DNA from: Balanoglossus misakiensis
Lineage: Eukaryota; Animalia; Hemichordata
Assembly: GCA_040954595.2 (NCBI GenBank)
Contig: CM082578.2
Span: forward strand, 15,980,998-16,044,997
Direction of reading: 5' to 3'
Length of the DNA: 64,000 bases
The notes under the pieces are model-generated. The model was not told the DNA's origin. It did not search any database and saw nothing but the letters and a program-made list of their open reading frames with translations. The stretch's first letter is position 1. Every line of letters starts with the position of its first letter. Of this stretch, positions 1 to 14,800 are shown one piece after another. The translations under genes were made by a program, and so were the position numbers.

Positions 1-132
1 GTAAATCGGGAAATTTTCACGAACGATAAATTTTCGCAAACGCCCTAGAAATGCGAAAAATAAAAAAGTCACATAAAACAGTTGCCTCTTTTGCGAACAT
101 TACCTGTCGTGAAAATTTCCCGTTTTACAGTA
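1..132. mobile_element. MITE with ~22-bp terminal inverted repeats, left end clipped by window edge
   Basis: gtaaatcgggaaattttcacga (1-22) versus tcgtgaaaatttcccgttttac(agta) (107-132): one mismatch; right end cagTA is consistent with a TA target site. Confidence 0.8.
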
Positions 133-172
133 TAACTTTACATGTAACACAAATTAGGTGATTCTGGAACAC

Positions 173-251
173 TAAGGGAGTTTTCATTTGTAATGTGGGG
201 GGGGGGGATTCCTGTTGCCCACCCCTGTGATAATAAATGAAAGCTCCCTAA
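173..251. mobile_element. Short PIF/Harbinger (Tourist)-like MITE
   Basis: TAA-gggagttttcattt...aaatgaaagctccc-TAA: 14-bp TIR with one mismatch starting GGG, TAA direct repeat on both sides, internal G tract. Confidence 0.7.
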
Positions 252-1487
252 GTCAGAATTTTTTTTTGTCAGCCTGGATCATCATATGTTAGAGCTATTT
301 ACAGTATAGATATATATGCTATATCCTTTTGTGAAGAAACACATAAATGCTGCAAAGGTTTGCGTCTCGGAAGTTGAAAATACCTCACACGATCACCGGA
401 GCCTGTGGATATTGAATATAGTGTTATAGTGATGGATGTCTTACATTGTTTAGGGTTGTCTTTGGAGATCTTAGAGCACTAAACTTGAATTATTCATATT
501 CCCCAAAGCGTATAATTGAAAAGCCAAGATCAGATAGCTTACACAAAACACAGCATTAAACATTATTCTTACCAGTAATTCACAACTTTCCAGTTGGCTT
601 TCAAGTTTGAGCCTACCGGGCAGTTAGTTGTTCTTTCCCAACTGCGTCTTCTGTCATTGTTAGCTTATTGACAAGACCGACCTTTAATCAATCTGCTTTG
701 GATCAGTGAGGGATGAGAAATTGAAGGTCTACAGGTGATAAGATACAGCCCAGTCACCCACCCACCAGCCATACTTTTTAGTGAGCTTATGTGATTGCAT
801 TGGCCCTGCGGTTATGTAAGACGAACTGAATAAAAACAATGCTTGCTGTTAGTTACCAAGGGATAACATATCCCTCTTCCCTAATAGTTAACTGGACCTG
901 AAGTACGCCGATAAAAAGACTTCTTGTCTACCACATGTTGAGAATGCCTGGATCTCTTACTTTTTGCAGAAGAGTTGCAGTGCATGGGGTCATTGAAGTC
1001 CATCATAAAAGAGCTTTGTCTTTCATGCACAAGTTCTGTTTAATTGAATTAGTTCAGGGATGGTGGCTGCACTGCCCTGGTAATGGCTGTTAATGGGCAA
1101 ATGTATGGAATTCCTTCAGGCTGACCCTGCCCATGATACACCAGAAAATGATTACCATACCGCAACAGATGTTGCACTGGCTTTCTTCTCTCTGTTAATG
1201 TTGAGTACAGACAAAATCACAACACATGTTTTCTGGAAATATAAGAAACTTCCAATACCACATTTATTACAACCATAGACCCTGGAGCAAGAAGTCGTGT
1301 ACTATACCCCGAGCATGGAAGTTTTTCATTGTACTAAGTTAGTTTCTGAATTCTGTATTTGAAAGGGAGGTGGTCATCACTGTCTGGGACTGCTGGTTCC
1401 AATTCCCACAGGACAGTCTGATGCCAAGAAGTCAACACAGACACAAAGTGTAACTATTATAGCGTACATCATTGCACACAAAGTGGG

Positions 1488-1680
1488 GTTAGCTCATTTG
1501 GGACGTGAATATACCGCTGGGAGCTGAGGGGTCATGTCAGCATCTGTTGTGACAGTATGTTGTCTGTCAGTCTGTCTGTATGTCCGTCCATTGCAAAAAC
1601 TTTGTTTTGGTGTGTACAATGCATGCTGGACTAAATGTTCAAATGAAGTTGATACTACCAATTTTGGCCATTTTGGGCCA
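1488..1680 (+). mobile_element. Degenerate Helentron-associated (HINE/DINE-1-like) repeat remnant
   Basis: ttagctc...gagct short inverted motif followed by degenerate (gtct/gtcc)n microsatellite; family assignment is inference. Confidence 0.4.
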
Positions 1681-2842
1681 ACCACTCAGAAACTGCTTTC
1701 CAATTGTCCCAGCAGTGCTTTCAACAGTATAAAGACTACTTTTCAAAGAAATGATTCTATAAATATAAAGTTCATAATCTAGATGATTAACCACTTAACC
1801 GTCTAACACTCTTCCATTTGTATTGCGCAAAAGTAAGCATGGTTGTTTGACACTCTCAATGCTCTCAATTTAAATATAAAAGGAAAAAAGATGTTATTAT
1901 GGATAGTATGGCAATGAGTACATGTTAATTGGTGGGGATAACAGAGCCATTAACACCTTCTACAAATTGATAGTAAACATGAGCTTGGATACTTAAGTCA
2001 AGGCTAACACTACAGCAGTGTGCAAAAGTGACCATGTACACACATAGTATCTGCAAATTCTTGACCAAGGTCAAGTTTACAATTCCCATAGGTAATCCAT
2101 CGTACAACCAAGTTAGTGGTAAGAAGGAAACAGTGCAAGGAATGTGAGATATTGATCTGCTTTCTATTTCTATTCACTGTTTGGTCATGTTGTATAAATA
2201 TTGATCAAAAGCCGGGGTTTAAGGATCTTTCTTTAAAAAAGAAATCATGGTTAAGTTCCTGAAGTTGACACCAATGAAAGTAATGTTATAGTCTTGTTTT
2301 TGTAGGGTTTCAAGGTTTTCATTTGCATAATGGCACTAACAGTTTGCTTATTTTTATTTGTGTCATATCAACATGCCCCAGGATGGTTCTGCTAGCTGTA
2401 TGGGGCTTTATCTTTAGTAAAGTGTCTTGGGGCCAGAGATAATTTGTGTGTCATTTTGAAATTTGCCAGGTTTTGAAATCAAGAGAGTTTACAGTTAGAA
2501 CCAGGTGCTCTGTTATATACAAATGTAGAAGTTGTCTTATATTTGATAAGTAGTACTACCTGTTATAGGACGTTTGATTTCTGGACAGAATGAGCATGCA
2601 ATGAAAAAGATGTACGAGCGTCATTGATATGAAGTGTCTACTATCATCAAGACGGGCTTTAAACCATAAGATGAACTTGGGTCGATTTCTAGTTGCCCCC
2701 TGAAATGGTTGAATGTACTTTGACAGCCCCACTGACCTTGTTTTGAGAGATGATCTCTTGTTTTTCACCGAAGTACACAGAGGTGGTGAAGGGCGCGATA
2801 AATGACTTCACTTGGCACCCGATTACCCTTCACATCCACAAG

Positions 2843-2875
2843 AGAGAGGGAGAGAGAGGGAGGGAGAGAGAGAGA
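2843..2875. repeat. (GA)n/GGGA purine microsatellite
   Basis: agagagggagagagagggagggagagagagaga. Confidence 0.85.
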
Positions 2876-5800
2876 TTAAACATCTCAGTACAGTATTCTT
2901 GATGTGTTACTATTAGACACAGTTATCAAGTATTGCGGTGAGAATCTGTTTTGTCTAGATATACTGGGCATTGAACAATACCCGACACATATCAGCGTTT
3001 CTTTGAACACTTGCAGTCACACTTACGTTCTCTACTTTCAGTTCATTTGATACTCATTAAGATCTCATTTGCATATGAAAGCTTGCATTGAGTAAGAATT
3101 ATAGCTTTTGGTCATTTCCATTAGAATTGTTTCAAGTAGCCAGTTACGTGGGTGGTAAGATTCGGCAAATAAACTTTTCTAGGCTTAATTTGTTGCTGTA
3201 GAGATGTGATTTCCCAGTTTTATTTGGTGTTCATGGTTACAAAGTTTGCATGTTGATATATGGTGTTACTTTGATTCTCTTCATTGGCCACAAAAGAATT
3301 GCTGACGAACTTAGCATTGAAGTTTAGTTTGACACAGATGTAGGGTGCCTTCATAGTTGCCAAGTTACAAGTGCTATATGGATAATGATTTCAACACATG
3401 ATGACCAACATCATATACATCAGGGTGATCCAAAGGAATCTGTTGCTTGATGTAAGCAGAGGTCATTTACATGCAGATCATGCATTGATTTTGTATTCAA
3501 ATTGTATGCAGTGAGGTATGTTATTTGATTATCAACGGAATCTTCTACTTTGTCAAAGATTACACGGGCTTTACATCACTTAAGTGAAGTGGGCAAACCA
3601 TTGCATTCCTCAGAAGGTGTAATGGCAGTGCTAATAGCAAAATAAAATTGCCTGTGATTTAATTGCGAGCCAATATTTCAGATTGCCAAGTTTATGCTAG
3701 CTGCTGGGTTGGAAAGAGCATATACGCCTGGCAGACAGAAAAGTGAAATAAAAACGCGTATTCGTAAGCCCTTAAGTGAGATACCATGGTGATACATGTA
3801 GTGTAAACAGTTGTCAAGTAATGCATTTTAAATGCTGTGGCATCATTCAAAGTGACTCCCAGTTGGTCTTGCAGCTTGACAGATGCACATCCCATATAAA
3901 AATATTTGTGGCTTTGGCCTTGGAGGTTTCATGGCAGTACATATATAACCCTGCAACTTTGGAACATGTGATGCCGAAAGTTGTTTAGAGAGTTGACTTA
4001 ATATATTTTATCGATGAAGTGGGTCGTGTCGTGGGTTTTGCGCACTTGACGACCTAGTTAATTAAACAAATGCAAGGGGATATAGTAACTCGTACCTTAA
4101 CACTATGAATTTAATTACGGTGCAGTGCAGGATTGAAAAAAAAAGTTTCTTCGAGAAAAGTATAAGAGCTTCACCCACGAAAGATAAAATGAGAAAGTGA
4201 TTTATTATTAGTTAGACTCAGAAGATCGCATAGTTTAGGGCAGTCCTCCTTGACCCTTGACCCAACTCAGCAGAAGTCTATGTCACTGGAATACTACAAT
4301 GAAGGACAAATGCTGTACATCTTTCTAAAATTAATTCTGACCAGAATCAATACACAAGTGACCCAGACAAACAAAATAGATATGATATGAATGAACTTTG
4401 TGGTATTAAAACTTTAATTTTATCGATTGTCTAATGATGTTGAAAATTAGCTTTAAATTTTTGCAGACGTTTCTTGACAAACTTATTTCACTACAATTTC
4501 CTCCAGTGATTTCTTAAACCAGTGGGTACTGTATCATTGACAATGACTTGTTTCTGTAGCGTCTGTTCAGTATTTAAGAGTTTTGGATGCAGAGTTGATG
4601 ACATGACTTCACAGTACATGAATGTAGAATTTGACTTGAGTTTATGATTTATATTACATCTGGGAAGTGTTCTTTGGCCAGAAAATATTCGGTCAGGGCG
4701 GCACTTTTTGACAGGACAGCCATCAATTGCGGTGTGACCTCCACCGTAAAAGTCACCCAGCAGACACTGTGTTACTTCCAGAGCTCCTTCTGACTTTTCC
4801 AAATTCTTAAATCTTGCTGTGCGCTCAACTTGTTACAAAAAGGTCAAATTAGCAATTATGAAATTGTTGACGCTGACTCTCTGAAGCATAAATTCTAAAA
4901 ATTCATAAATAATTGGAAGTATCGTAATCTTCTTTGCTGACGCTGGTAGCAATTATCGTCTTGCAAAGCTTTTGGTACATTTGTGTTTGAACACTAATAA
5001 CTACTTGGTAAAAAGAGTCAAGAAGATCTCGAAAGTTGTGCTAATATTGTTGAAATCTGTAAGAAAAATGTAAGCAGTGAATGCACCACCAATTCTTTTA
5101 AAATGAATTCATTTAGAGTTCAACATTTACCGCTTCTACAAAATCCTTTTCTTCTTTCAACTGTGTACAATGCAGAGGCGTGGGATAAAGTAAGGATGGG
5201 CAGGCAGATGTTCAAATTTGTCATGTCACACTCAGATCTCATAGACTCATTGTGCAGTAGCGAATTGTCAATATTACCATTCAAAGCCCATGCACAGCAA
5301 AGATGTCATGTTTGGGTCTTGCCCACCTCTTGGTCTCCAGTTTGTCCGACAGAAACAATTGGAATTAAACATATTCTGCTACTTAAATGGGCCGCATTGT
5401 TATGCAAACGACAAAACTTCTGTCCCAATTAAACACCAGAAGCGTCGTGCACTTGGAATGGAAGTGACGCACACAGGTTAAGGTTGCAGAACAAAGAACA
5501 TCTCTTTTTTTAAGTGAAGTATTCTCTGCTGAATAAAAGCAGTGCAAACCCTATTACAGTAACCTATGTGTTTTATGGAAACTCAGGCTCAGTTGCATCA
5601 CAGACCCGAGTCAAAACAAGGGTTTATTGTTGCCTACACATTGTTGTCATGGTAAACATAGCCTAGACTCATTTGACAAAGTTCATGTCAAAAGTCTGTT
5701 TTATCAGGTAGTTGCTGCAAAAACACTGCAATATTTCTAGTTAAGTTGTTTCTGATTATAAACTATGGTGATAAGTCCCTCATATAATATGCTTGTTCAA

Positions 5801-8800
5801 TGGTGGGTTCCCCAACATGTAGGCATGGCAACAATATTATATGGTCTGAAACTTTCTTGTTCATTCTTTGTTTGGAGGGACTTGCATCTTGCCCTGTTAT
5901 CTTAAATATACGCATGTTTCCAAAACTTTCTTGACTTCTGCAGTTATCACTACTGTTTTTATTATGCCAAAGAATTTGATTCTGCAGTATATACCAGGTT
6001 GTGAACGTATGCGAGCGGTATGTGAGATGAACTCCCCACAAGGAGAGACATTAAAGGCCCACTCACTATCTGTAACTTTTGACCATTTCTTCATTATTTT
6101 TGTTCTGTGTGTCAACCATGATTTCTGGTTCGGCTTCTTGAGAGTGTGTACATGCACAAACAACATTGTTATGATCATGCAGGACACATACATGTACACT
6201 TGACTTGTTGACAAGCAGAAAACTGGGTGTGTCGGGATGTTCTTGCTCAAAACAAACAATACTGGAAAATACCCCAAATAACAGATAGTGGCCGGCCCTT
6301 TCATCCCTCCAGCATACATGTTCCTGCAACTATCTTACCGGTAATATAGGTATATATTCCAAAAATTCTTTGAAAGACAGTTTATAATAATCCACCCAAG
6401 AAATTAATGAGATTGGCCAAAGTTGCTGTGCATCTACAAGAGAGTTTTCTCCCACATCAACAGTTAACCCCACTTGCTCTTAAACATGTTTAACATCTGG
6501 AGAAATTTGTCAAATTGCATATTTTGTTAGCTTTTCTTTGTGTTTGTTTGGTTACATGTATATGATTTGTTTTGTTGGTTGACCTCAGGTTAAACCGGAA
6601 GATTTCGGGTGTCAGAAGTTCACTTGCCTAGAGGCATGTTTTCTACAACGTATACGTACGGTGACGATAATAACTGGGCTTACAACAAACAACAATTTAT
6701 ACCAAGTGATTTGGTTATGGGTGGGGAGCATGCCTGGTTAAACTCACCCAGTACGTCTGGGACGTTTTCGCATCCCACGGCTTCTGGTATAATGGGGACT
6801 ATGCATACATATCATAGTGGGGACCACAGCAGGCATATTTGGGAACCACAATAGGTACAACCATAAAAAGTAACCATGCGTGGTCTGGCTATACCTGTTC
6901 TCATCAAAGAACTGCATGCAGTTATCGTCTGCACAGGGATAAAGCTAACAATGCAATAATTGCCACTTTGAAGTTTCAACAACCCATATGGGGTTAATAC
7001 TTGTCAATCCTGTCGGCAGTCTGATAACTTGGTTCAAACGATAAGATGAGGGGGTAATTGTACAGGCATTGTGAAACTACACTATTGTCAATTATGGCTG
7101 CAACATAGCCACCTACAATGGTACATGTGGATATAGAGGGAGCAGAGTAAATCACTTTGGAAATGAACCCCCTCAATACAAAGACGGGGACTTCAGTCGG
7201 TTCCTTAGTGGTTTGTAGTAAATTTATTGGACCACACTCAGACTCTGTGCACTGCATTGAAGTCGAGTGTGTCATTTGTTGGCTGCAGAAGACCGATCTC
7301 TCCAGACCTTCAAAGTCTGTTCAGCAAATGCCTTGACACAGTTTGTTCTTGAAGGTCTTTTGACATGTGTGTAAGCCATTGGCTCCACAAAAGATTTCCG
7401 ATGCTGTGTATAAGGTTGGCCTCACAGTGTGTGTATGGCATATTACTCAGCTGTTGTTGCTGAACTTTCATTTGATTCCAAAAGGTTAACTTGACACACT
7501 TCCTGCCACTATTAAAAAACGTATGCACACTCGTCTTTCATTTTTTTAAGTGAAGTGTGTCTAACGTTTTCGAAACTTGCTTCATGTTGCAACTGATTAA
7601 TGGTGTTTTAATACCATAAAAACTTCAAATATACTGTTTTGTGTCTGTGTGATATGACGAGATTATGATGATAATAATGATGGATGTCTTGGTTTTATCA
7701 TGGGTTTTCCTCTTTACAATTGCAAGTGTTGCTAAAAAGTAGTCTCGAAAAGGGTATACCACCAACTGCATACCAGGGGTTGTCCTGTATAAAAGAAGTT
7801 AACTGTATCAAGTGTTAAGTACGACACACTGTACTTTTTTTAAAAAATCACCACATTTCAAGCAACATGTCAACACAAATGGACCTGTCAGAACCAAAGT
7901 CTGATGATATTTGTACCATCAAGGCAAATCTAATTAGGACAAGAATTCAACATTCCATGCCTCATTTATCTCAATTTCCTGTTCAGTTTAGTACTCGGTC
8001 AGGAAATTCCTTTAATTCACTAGATTTCACGATTGGTATTTCATTAAAGTTGGATCGAAGCATATGAGCGGAAGCATTGCATCCATCAATGTGTTGTAAC
8101 ACAGGATACCTTATATAGGGATGCCCTGATAGATGGAGTTATGGCCAATGCAGAGGAAGACTGGTCTGTCTGTGTACAGAGTGCAATAGATCTTTTGTTT
8201 CTCATAAAAACACATAAACAAGGCACAGACAACGTGTTTATTGTTTGCCTGTATGGAAATGCCCTGGGTGGGGAACTTGCTCCTTTAAGGTGAAATGATG
8301 GCATGAGGTTGGTCATTAAAGTTGACAGTTCATTTGTAATTGTATTTGTCAACTATTAAAGATGCATACAAATTTACCCCACTTGATGGTGTATTACAAA
8401 CCCGGAATTCAAACACACCACATACGGAATATACAAAACCACATGAGAGAAACGGCCGCAGAAATACTTGTGTTCCTATGAACGTGCTAACCCATGTGTG
8501 TGTACATGTATCACGTGACAAACCCTGCGCCTGTGTTCCATAGAATGTACACTGAAGCAGTCTGCACGCAACATTTTATTCCGGAGTAGGCCCATTACAA
8601 TTACTGTAAACTTACAGAAAAGGTCAAATCTGGTTCCTAAAATCTTTCTCTGGTGACTGTTGCGACTGGTGGGATTCGGGGCTTGTCTGAAAGATTTCCC
8701 TTTCCATAATCACCCCACGTGTGTATTTTGATTAGCCTTGGCAAGGAGTCATCAATGCAGTGTTTATTTAATTTGTGCAGTTTTTCTCACAAAACTGGCG

Positions 8801-11800
8801 GATATTTTTCATGTTAAAAAGTTGTATAGTGGTGCTCACAATGTACTCTTTATAGGAAAGATAAATGAGTGAGCGAGTTATAAGGTCAGAGCAATATAAT
8901 GTGGTCGCTCGAGACGAACAATTAGTTATTGTATGAGGCCCAAGTACACTCCAAATGATGACTTACACATGTCCTCTGAGTTTGTTTGGAGAAAGACTAA
9001 CCCCGGTACAGAGGTGGCCTTACGTTTAGTTCAGTTCGTGTCTACCTAGATCATGTATTTGCTTGTGTCCTGTGTTTCTGCCTCTCATCAAAATTCATAG
9101 CACTGTACATGTAGCTACTCCACTGGTCAGTCAAATCATATAGTTTTATTTTTTCACTCATGGTATATCTGACACAGTTTGTCTTCACCCCTGGTGTTGA
9201 TTGCCTGAATCCGCATTATCTGTCTCCTGATCGACCACCCCCATACAAAGATACAGGTACCCAAACAATGGTCTGCACTGGCTAATACTTCATTCAGTAA
9301 ATATAGTCACCGTTACTAGTCTTTCTGGTCGCATCAAGAGAATACGAGGTTTAAATGCTTCCAAGGACTAATGTGAAGTTACTGCATTATCCATTATGTT
9401 TCTTCATATTTAGAAATATTAAAGAGAAACCAAGCTAGCAATCATAGGAAACTGTTCCCATTGAAGAAATGGCATGTTCAGGTACATTTTTTGCAGCAAT
9501 AGGCGATACTTTCAGCCATTGTGTGTGTGGCTCAAGTGTGGAGACTGTGGCAAAAGCTTACAGACAGATTCCAAAAATGTCTTTATTTCCTTTCTTTTTG
9601 TTCAGATTGTTGTAGAGATAAGATTTAAAGTCTACATAGTTGTTACTTTGTCTACAGTATTTAATTAGGAATTGACAAGCCCATGTATGGACTAATTACC
9701 TCTTCATTAGTAGATCTTCAATTGGTCTGTTCAGCAATCCTAAATAATAGTGCATGAGCTGCAGTCCACGCCAAACTAAGGCAAGTGTTTGTACGTCAAG
9801 TAAATCAATATAAAGTTTTCAGTGTAATTATTAAGTTGAAGTGCTGATAAATTGATGACGTTTTAGCTTCATGTTATCTGTTGTCACAGGTAACTGACAT
9901 ACTTCACTTGTGTGCAAGTTTAAAAAAAAGTCTTCTTTAAGTCTTGGAAAATGATTTTATAGATCTTGTAGGATTGTGACAAGACATCGCTGACAAAGCA
10001 GAACTTTTCTTGATTTCTTCAAAAAGTCTTTATGCTTCAGGAGTTATAAAGGACTTGTGATTAGTTTGACGTGATCAGCAGATCATTTATTTTGAATCGG
10101 AAAGTTCAGTGTTTGGGAAATTAAAATATTAAGTTCTTTGGAGTTGTATTGTGGGTTAAAGGTCATTGAACTACAATCAACCCAATCGGCTTTATTCGAT
10201 CACAGTCACATGATCACCTGTCCTGGCATTTGTAAACCATGGATGTGAATATGACCTGTCAGTAAAAATTCCTGAATGGCCTGTCACCCAAAAGTAGCTG
10301 TCCAAGTCCCCCTTGCCTGATTTCATGCCGTGGTAATTAAAAGTCATTGAATGCAAACATGGACAATTGGCGAAGTCTCATAAGTAGCTCCTCCCACAAA
10401 CAAAACAACAATAAACAAAGTAATTAAGCTCCGGTGATGCCAATATTGGCCTAATCCACCCCAGTAATTCCATTATGCAAGAATATGAGTCACAATATGG
10501 ACAAGATATGACAGAGATCCCAGATTAGAACATGAGAAAAAAAAAACGTTCGGTGGATTTAAGAAAAATGTAAATATACAGTCTGGCTTCTTGGATATAA
10601 AAGTGACAAAAATAGATAGCAATCCGGCAATTACAGACTTATTGTAACTAGTATTATAGGGAAACGAGGGTACAGAAGAAAGAGAAAATCCCATTTGTGG
10701 TGTGAGCTATGTTCTGGGCAGTATTATTGATCTACCATAGAAGCCCTATTGATTGGTGATTTAATGCACTACAATGATCAAGTACAATCCCCGCAGACTT
10801 ATTAGGGTTTGTCTTGGGCCTTACAATTCTGGGGGAGTACATAGCAAAGTAAATAAGGCAGCAGTTATATTCAAATTGTCTTGTTTAGGATTCTATTGCC
10901 CTGTGTGTTTTGTCCTTGGGGGCTTGGCTTGTCAAAAGTGTTATAAATCTTGGTTGTCATCCAAAGCAGCTTTTCTGGCTGCACAGTTATATAATTGTTT
11001 AAACTAGTAGCAAAGGTTTTCTGTGATTGTGTTGGTCTATCATTACACAAATAGGAACAAACAGTCGTCTGAAATAGATAGCCCTAGGTGTATCAACATT
11101 GTTCCCAGGCTGTTTCGAGAAGGTAAGATTTTTATGAGCATGGTACGGTTCGACCTGTTTGCTGCCCAGGGACCTGGTTTCTTTGATTACCGGCATTTAA
11201 ATGATATACATGATATTATTAGTTCTCATATTTACTAATAAAAGCATTTGTTTTGACATTATTTTGATTGTTTTCATTTATTTGATAAGTTTTTTTCTGA
11301 ATTTTGAATCACCAGTTGCTGGAGCTCAAATCATGAGAATGCCTGAACATATGATGCAATTCTTGCGTGACATAGTTTTTAATAATGACCCAACATTTCA
11401 TAGTTGAACAGTAGAAGTTCAAAGATAGTTACTATCACTTTTATTGGAATTTTTGTAATAGTTCGGGAAATTCTTTTTACAAATTATTTGATTAACCAAA
11501 GAAGATAATGAGTACAAGTATTACCTTTTAATTTAAAAATGAATTCACAGAAATATGAAAGGTTTGTGAGACTATTGTAGAAATGTGCACTTGATGTGTA
11601 GTCAGTCATAGGTTCACTCTAAGTCTGGTGACCAGCATTTTCTGCTGCCCTGGTTGAACGTTACCACAGGTCAAAGGTCGAGGTAGAAAACTTTATCACA
11701 TGCATATAAGTGTGAGGCCGCTTAGAAGGTTTTTAAAGGTTCAAGAGTTCCTGATGCACACAGAATTTTGTTTATTTTGATTTAACAGAGACATTTTTGT

Positions 11801-14800
11801 AATTGTTGGGAGTGTAGTTGATTGTATGAAACATTATGCATACCATGTAGAGGAAATTTGCCAGCCTTTTCCATTGAAGTATTCGCAATGATTAAAATTA
11901 GACTTTGCATGTGCATTGTGTCTTGTACATGTGTTTGAAGGGCACTTCAATGATCCACAGCATAGATATTGACACAACCATCTACAACAGAAAATGTTTT
12001 AATAGACCATGAAAATAAAACATGTGAGAATACACGTGCTTATAATCTCATTAACATACATGTACTGTTACATACATCCGTGTACAATGTATGGTTGAAT
12101 TGAGTTCACATTCTGAGATATAAAACAAATCTAGAAATTAGGAAAGAGAAAATAAATTATATACCAGGCAGTCACAACTATGTTAGAGGGCTGATACGGA
12201 TTTGTACTGGTATTTAGCAGGGAAAATATGTGTCTTCGAATACTGACCTTTGATTTAAGAGATTTCACATTTGTGGATCTTTGAGAAATGTGTGTGAAAC
12301 GTGTGTGTGTGTGTGTTTCTTGGGGATGTTCGCTGACTTGGGTCAGTTTAAAAGATGTTCGAATGATGTAGGTAAGGTACAGATTAACAGAAGCTGATGC
12401 ACAAACTTAGGATAAAGAGAAAGTTGAAATTGTTGATTAAAATTATGCATATTCAGCATAAATATCATGTGATATATATACTTTCAAACCAGAGTGAAAA
12501 AAATTACTTACATGTACTTACATGTCAGAGGTCTACAAGCAAACCCCAACTTCAACGTAAGCAGTTATAATCAATAAATGCCAAATTATGACCAATTGCC
12601 ACACGCTATTCTGGGTTGCAAGAGTAGAACTTGTTGAAATTAGAACACTTAAGAAAACAACCCATTTCTGTGATGTATGCCGAGCAAGTCATACCTCTTC
12701 CACTTTGGGAAAATGCAGGTCGCACGCAGGCTTGGAAGTGAATGCGATGTCAAAGTATTATATTGCTCTCCCATTTTGGTGTTCTGTGCAGATCTTACAA
12801 ACCGTTCGTTTGTCTGTATACAGAACACCGTCTGTCTGTGTGTTGCTACAGTCATGGGCTTAGATGGGTTGTACATGCTATAAATACCCTAGCCTATAGA
12901 ATTGCTTTCAGCACTAGTGCTAAGTGCCTACTTGTCTGGGTTTTTTCATCTCAGATTCTCTGCACTCAAAGTCCTTTTCTTCAATATTTCAAATTATTAC
13001 ACATGTACTAGTCAAAAACCATTCAACTTTGTATGTACGTTCAACATGTTTAATGTGTAACAATCGACAAAGACAGTCGTAAGGTGACCCTATCACATGA
13101 ATCTGTATTCCTCTGTAACTTCTGAAATACTGCAAATCATTTAAAACCCTGGAAGTGTACGAACCAGGTTTTTGGATTAAACAGAAACTTCTGCAAATGT
13201 AATAAGTACAGAAAAGAGTGCAGCAATTTGCAAGACCATTGCCTTGGAGATTAGATCTGGAATTGTAACAGAAAGCTATTATGAAGGATGTAATAACTGT
13301 ATTTCTTTTTGTTGTTGTTGTGTAGGTACAGCTTTCCAAATAAGCCTTTGAATGTAGCATGCAGTGTGTTGATAAGTGGTATTTGCCAGACTTGTGTCCA
13401 TGTTGATTTTCCTTCAGGTATATTTCTGTATGTTGACAGTATTTTGTCAGTTAGTACAAACAGCGCAGTGTACTTATGGGTCCAGCCATCAGTGCTTGTC
13501 ATGGACACTGTCGTGGTTAAACTTTTAAAACATCAAACAGTTTTGGCTGAGTTTTTCTGTCCAACCATGGTTGAAATTGATCCTAAATAACGTGAGTGTA
13601 AGAAGTCACTTTTGTGATGAAATTTTCCAGATGCATGCACTGATCCAAAAGTGGACAGGAATAAGATGGATGATTGTTTTTTTGGGGGAAATACTTTCAG
13701 TTGAACCATTCTTAATTTGATAACGAAATGAGTTCTGTCTCTGTCAAGATGAGGTTCTCTCTTCAGACTGGGCGTCACATGACAATACCATTGAGTGTGT
13801 TGAGATCAGAGGGACACACCCGCTAGTGAACAAGGCATTGTTTGTGTTCCTACAGTTCATTATGGGTGGTACTGGTAATGTAGCACTCTCGTCGGAAACA
13901 TAAGATGTGGTCGAACATGCTCTGACAGAAACTTGAAGATAATGGACATTAATAGATTTTGTACCGCATAACCCTCGAACATGTGTATTTATAGGTCGAT
14001 TTGTAGAAATCTGTCATTCACTTGTTTCCATAATTAAACACGATTTTTCAAATAGCCAGCAGACAGCATCTAATTGATTACATATATTGGATAATAATAG
14101 AAACCATGTTTGTGCAGGATTGGATGGTGTTGATCTAACAAATGTAATTTTACGAAGTTTTTGGCTGTTTAAATGCAAAAGTAAACCGTTGACTCATTCA
14201 GAGTGTGAACTGACTGAAGCTGGTTGTAATCAAGATGTCCCGCTGTAACTAACACCACTAAAACTTGATATTTTGAAGTAGTAACCACTGCACAGTTTGC
14301 ATCTTAAGAAGAACTTTTGGCCTTAAAAACATCGACCTGCCCAAATCTTGGTATTAAACCGGAAATAGCTGCAGTGGAGATCACGATAGCTCCGGAGTTG
14401 CCAGAGTGGCATTATCAGTCTAGAAACAGTCACTGTATATCGCAAGGATTTAGTTGAGTACACCCGGATGTTCAGAGGGTCAGGCGTGATAGAAAGCTGA
14501 ACTCAAAAACCTACACTAGAAATGGTATAGTGCATGCAAATTGCCCACTTGTAAATCTGTGACATGTCAGACCCACATTCACCTCTTTGAAAGAATCTAC
14601 TTCTTTTTAATCAATCTAACAAATCTCTTATACTTGTCTTCTCAACATTCATTTTTAAAGACCGGTCTTTTCTGACTCATTAAAGCTCCATGAGCTGCCG
14701 CTTTTTACGTTATTTTCATGATTTTCATTTGAAACTTAGATGATTATTCCATATACTGATGGGTATTTACATGTTACAATATGTGATTGTTGCACATGAA

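Noticed and set aside
6589-6854. Protein-like ORF 6609..6854 after an acceptor-like ctcag as a missing prodomain exon
   Set aside because: All three frames from the acceptor hit stops without a convincing donor, and none resembles an ADAMTS prodomain
12025-12037. tgagaatacacgt matches the 3' part of invertebrate miR-137
   Set aside because: Seed region absent and no precursor hairpin visible
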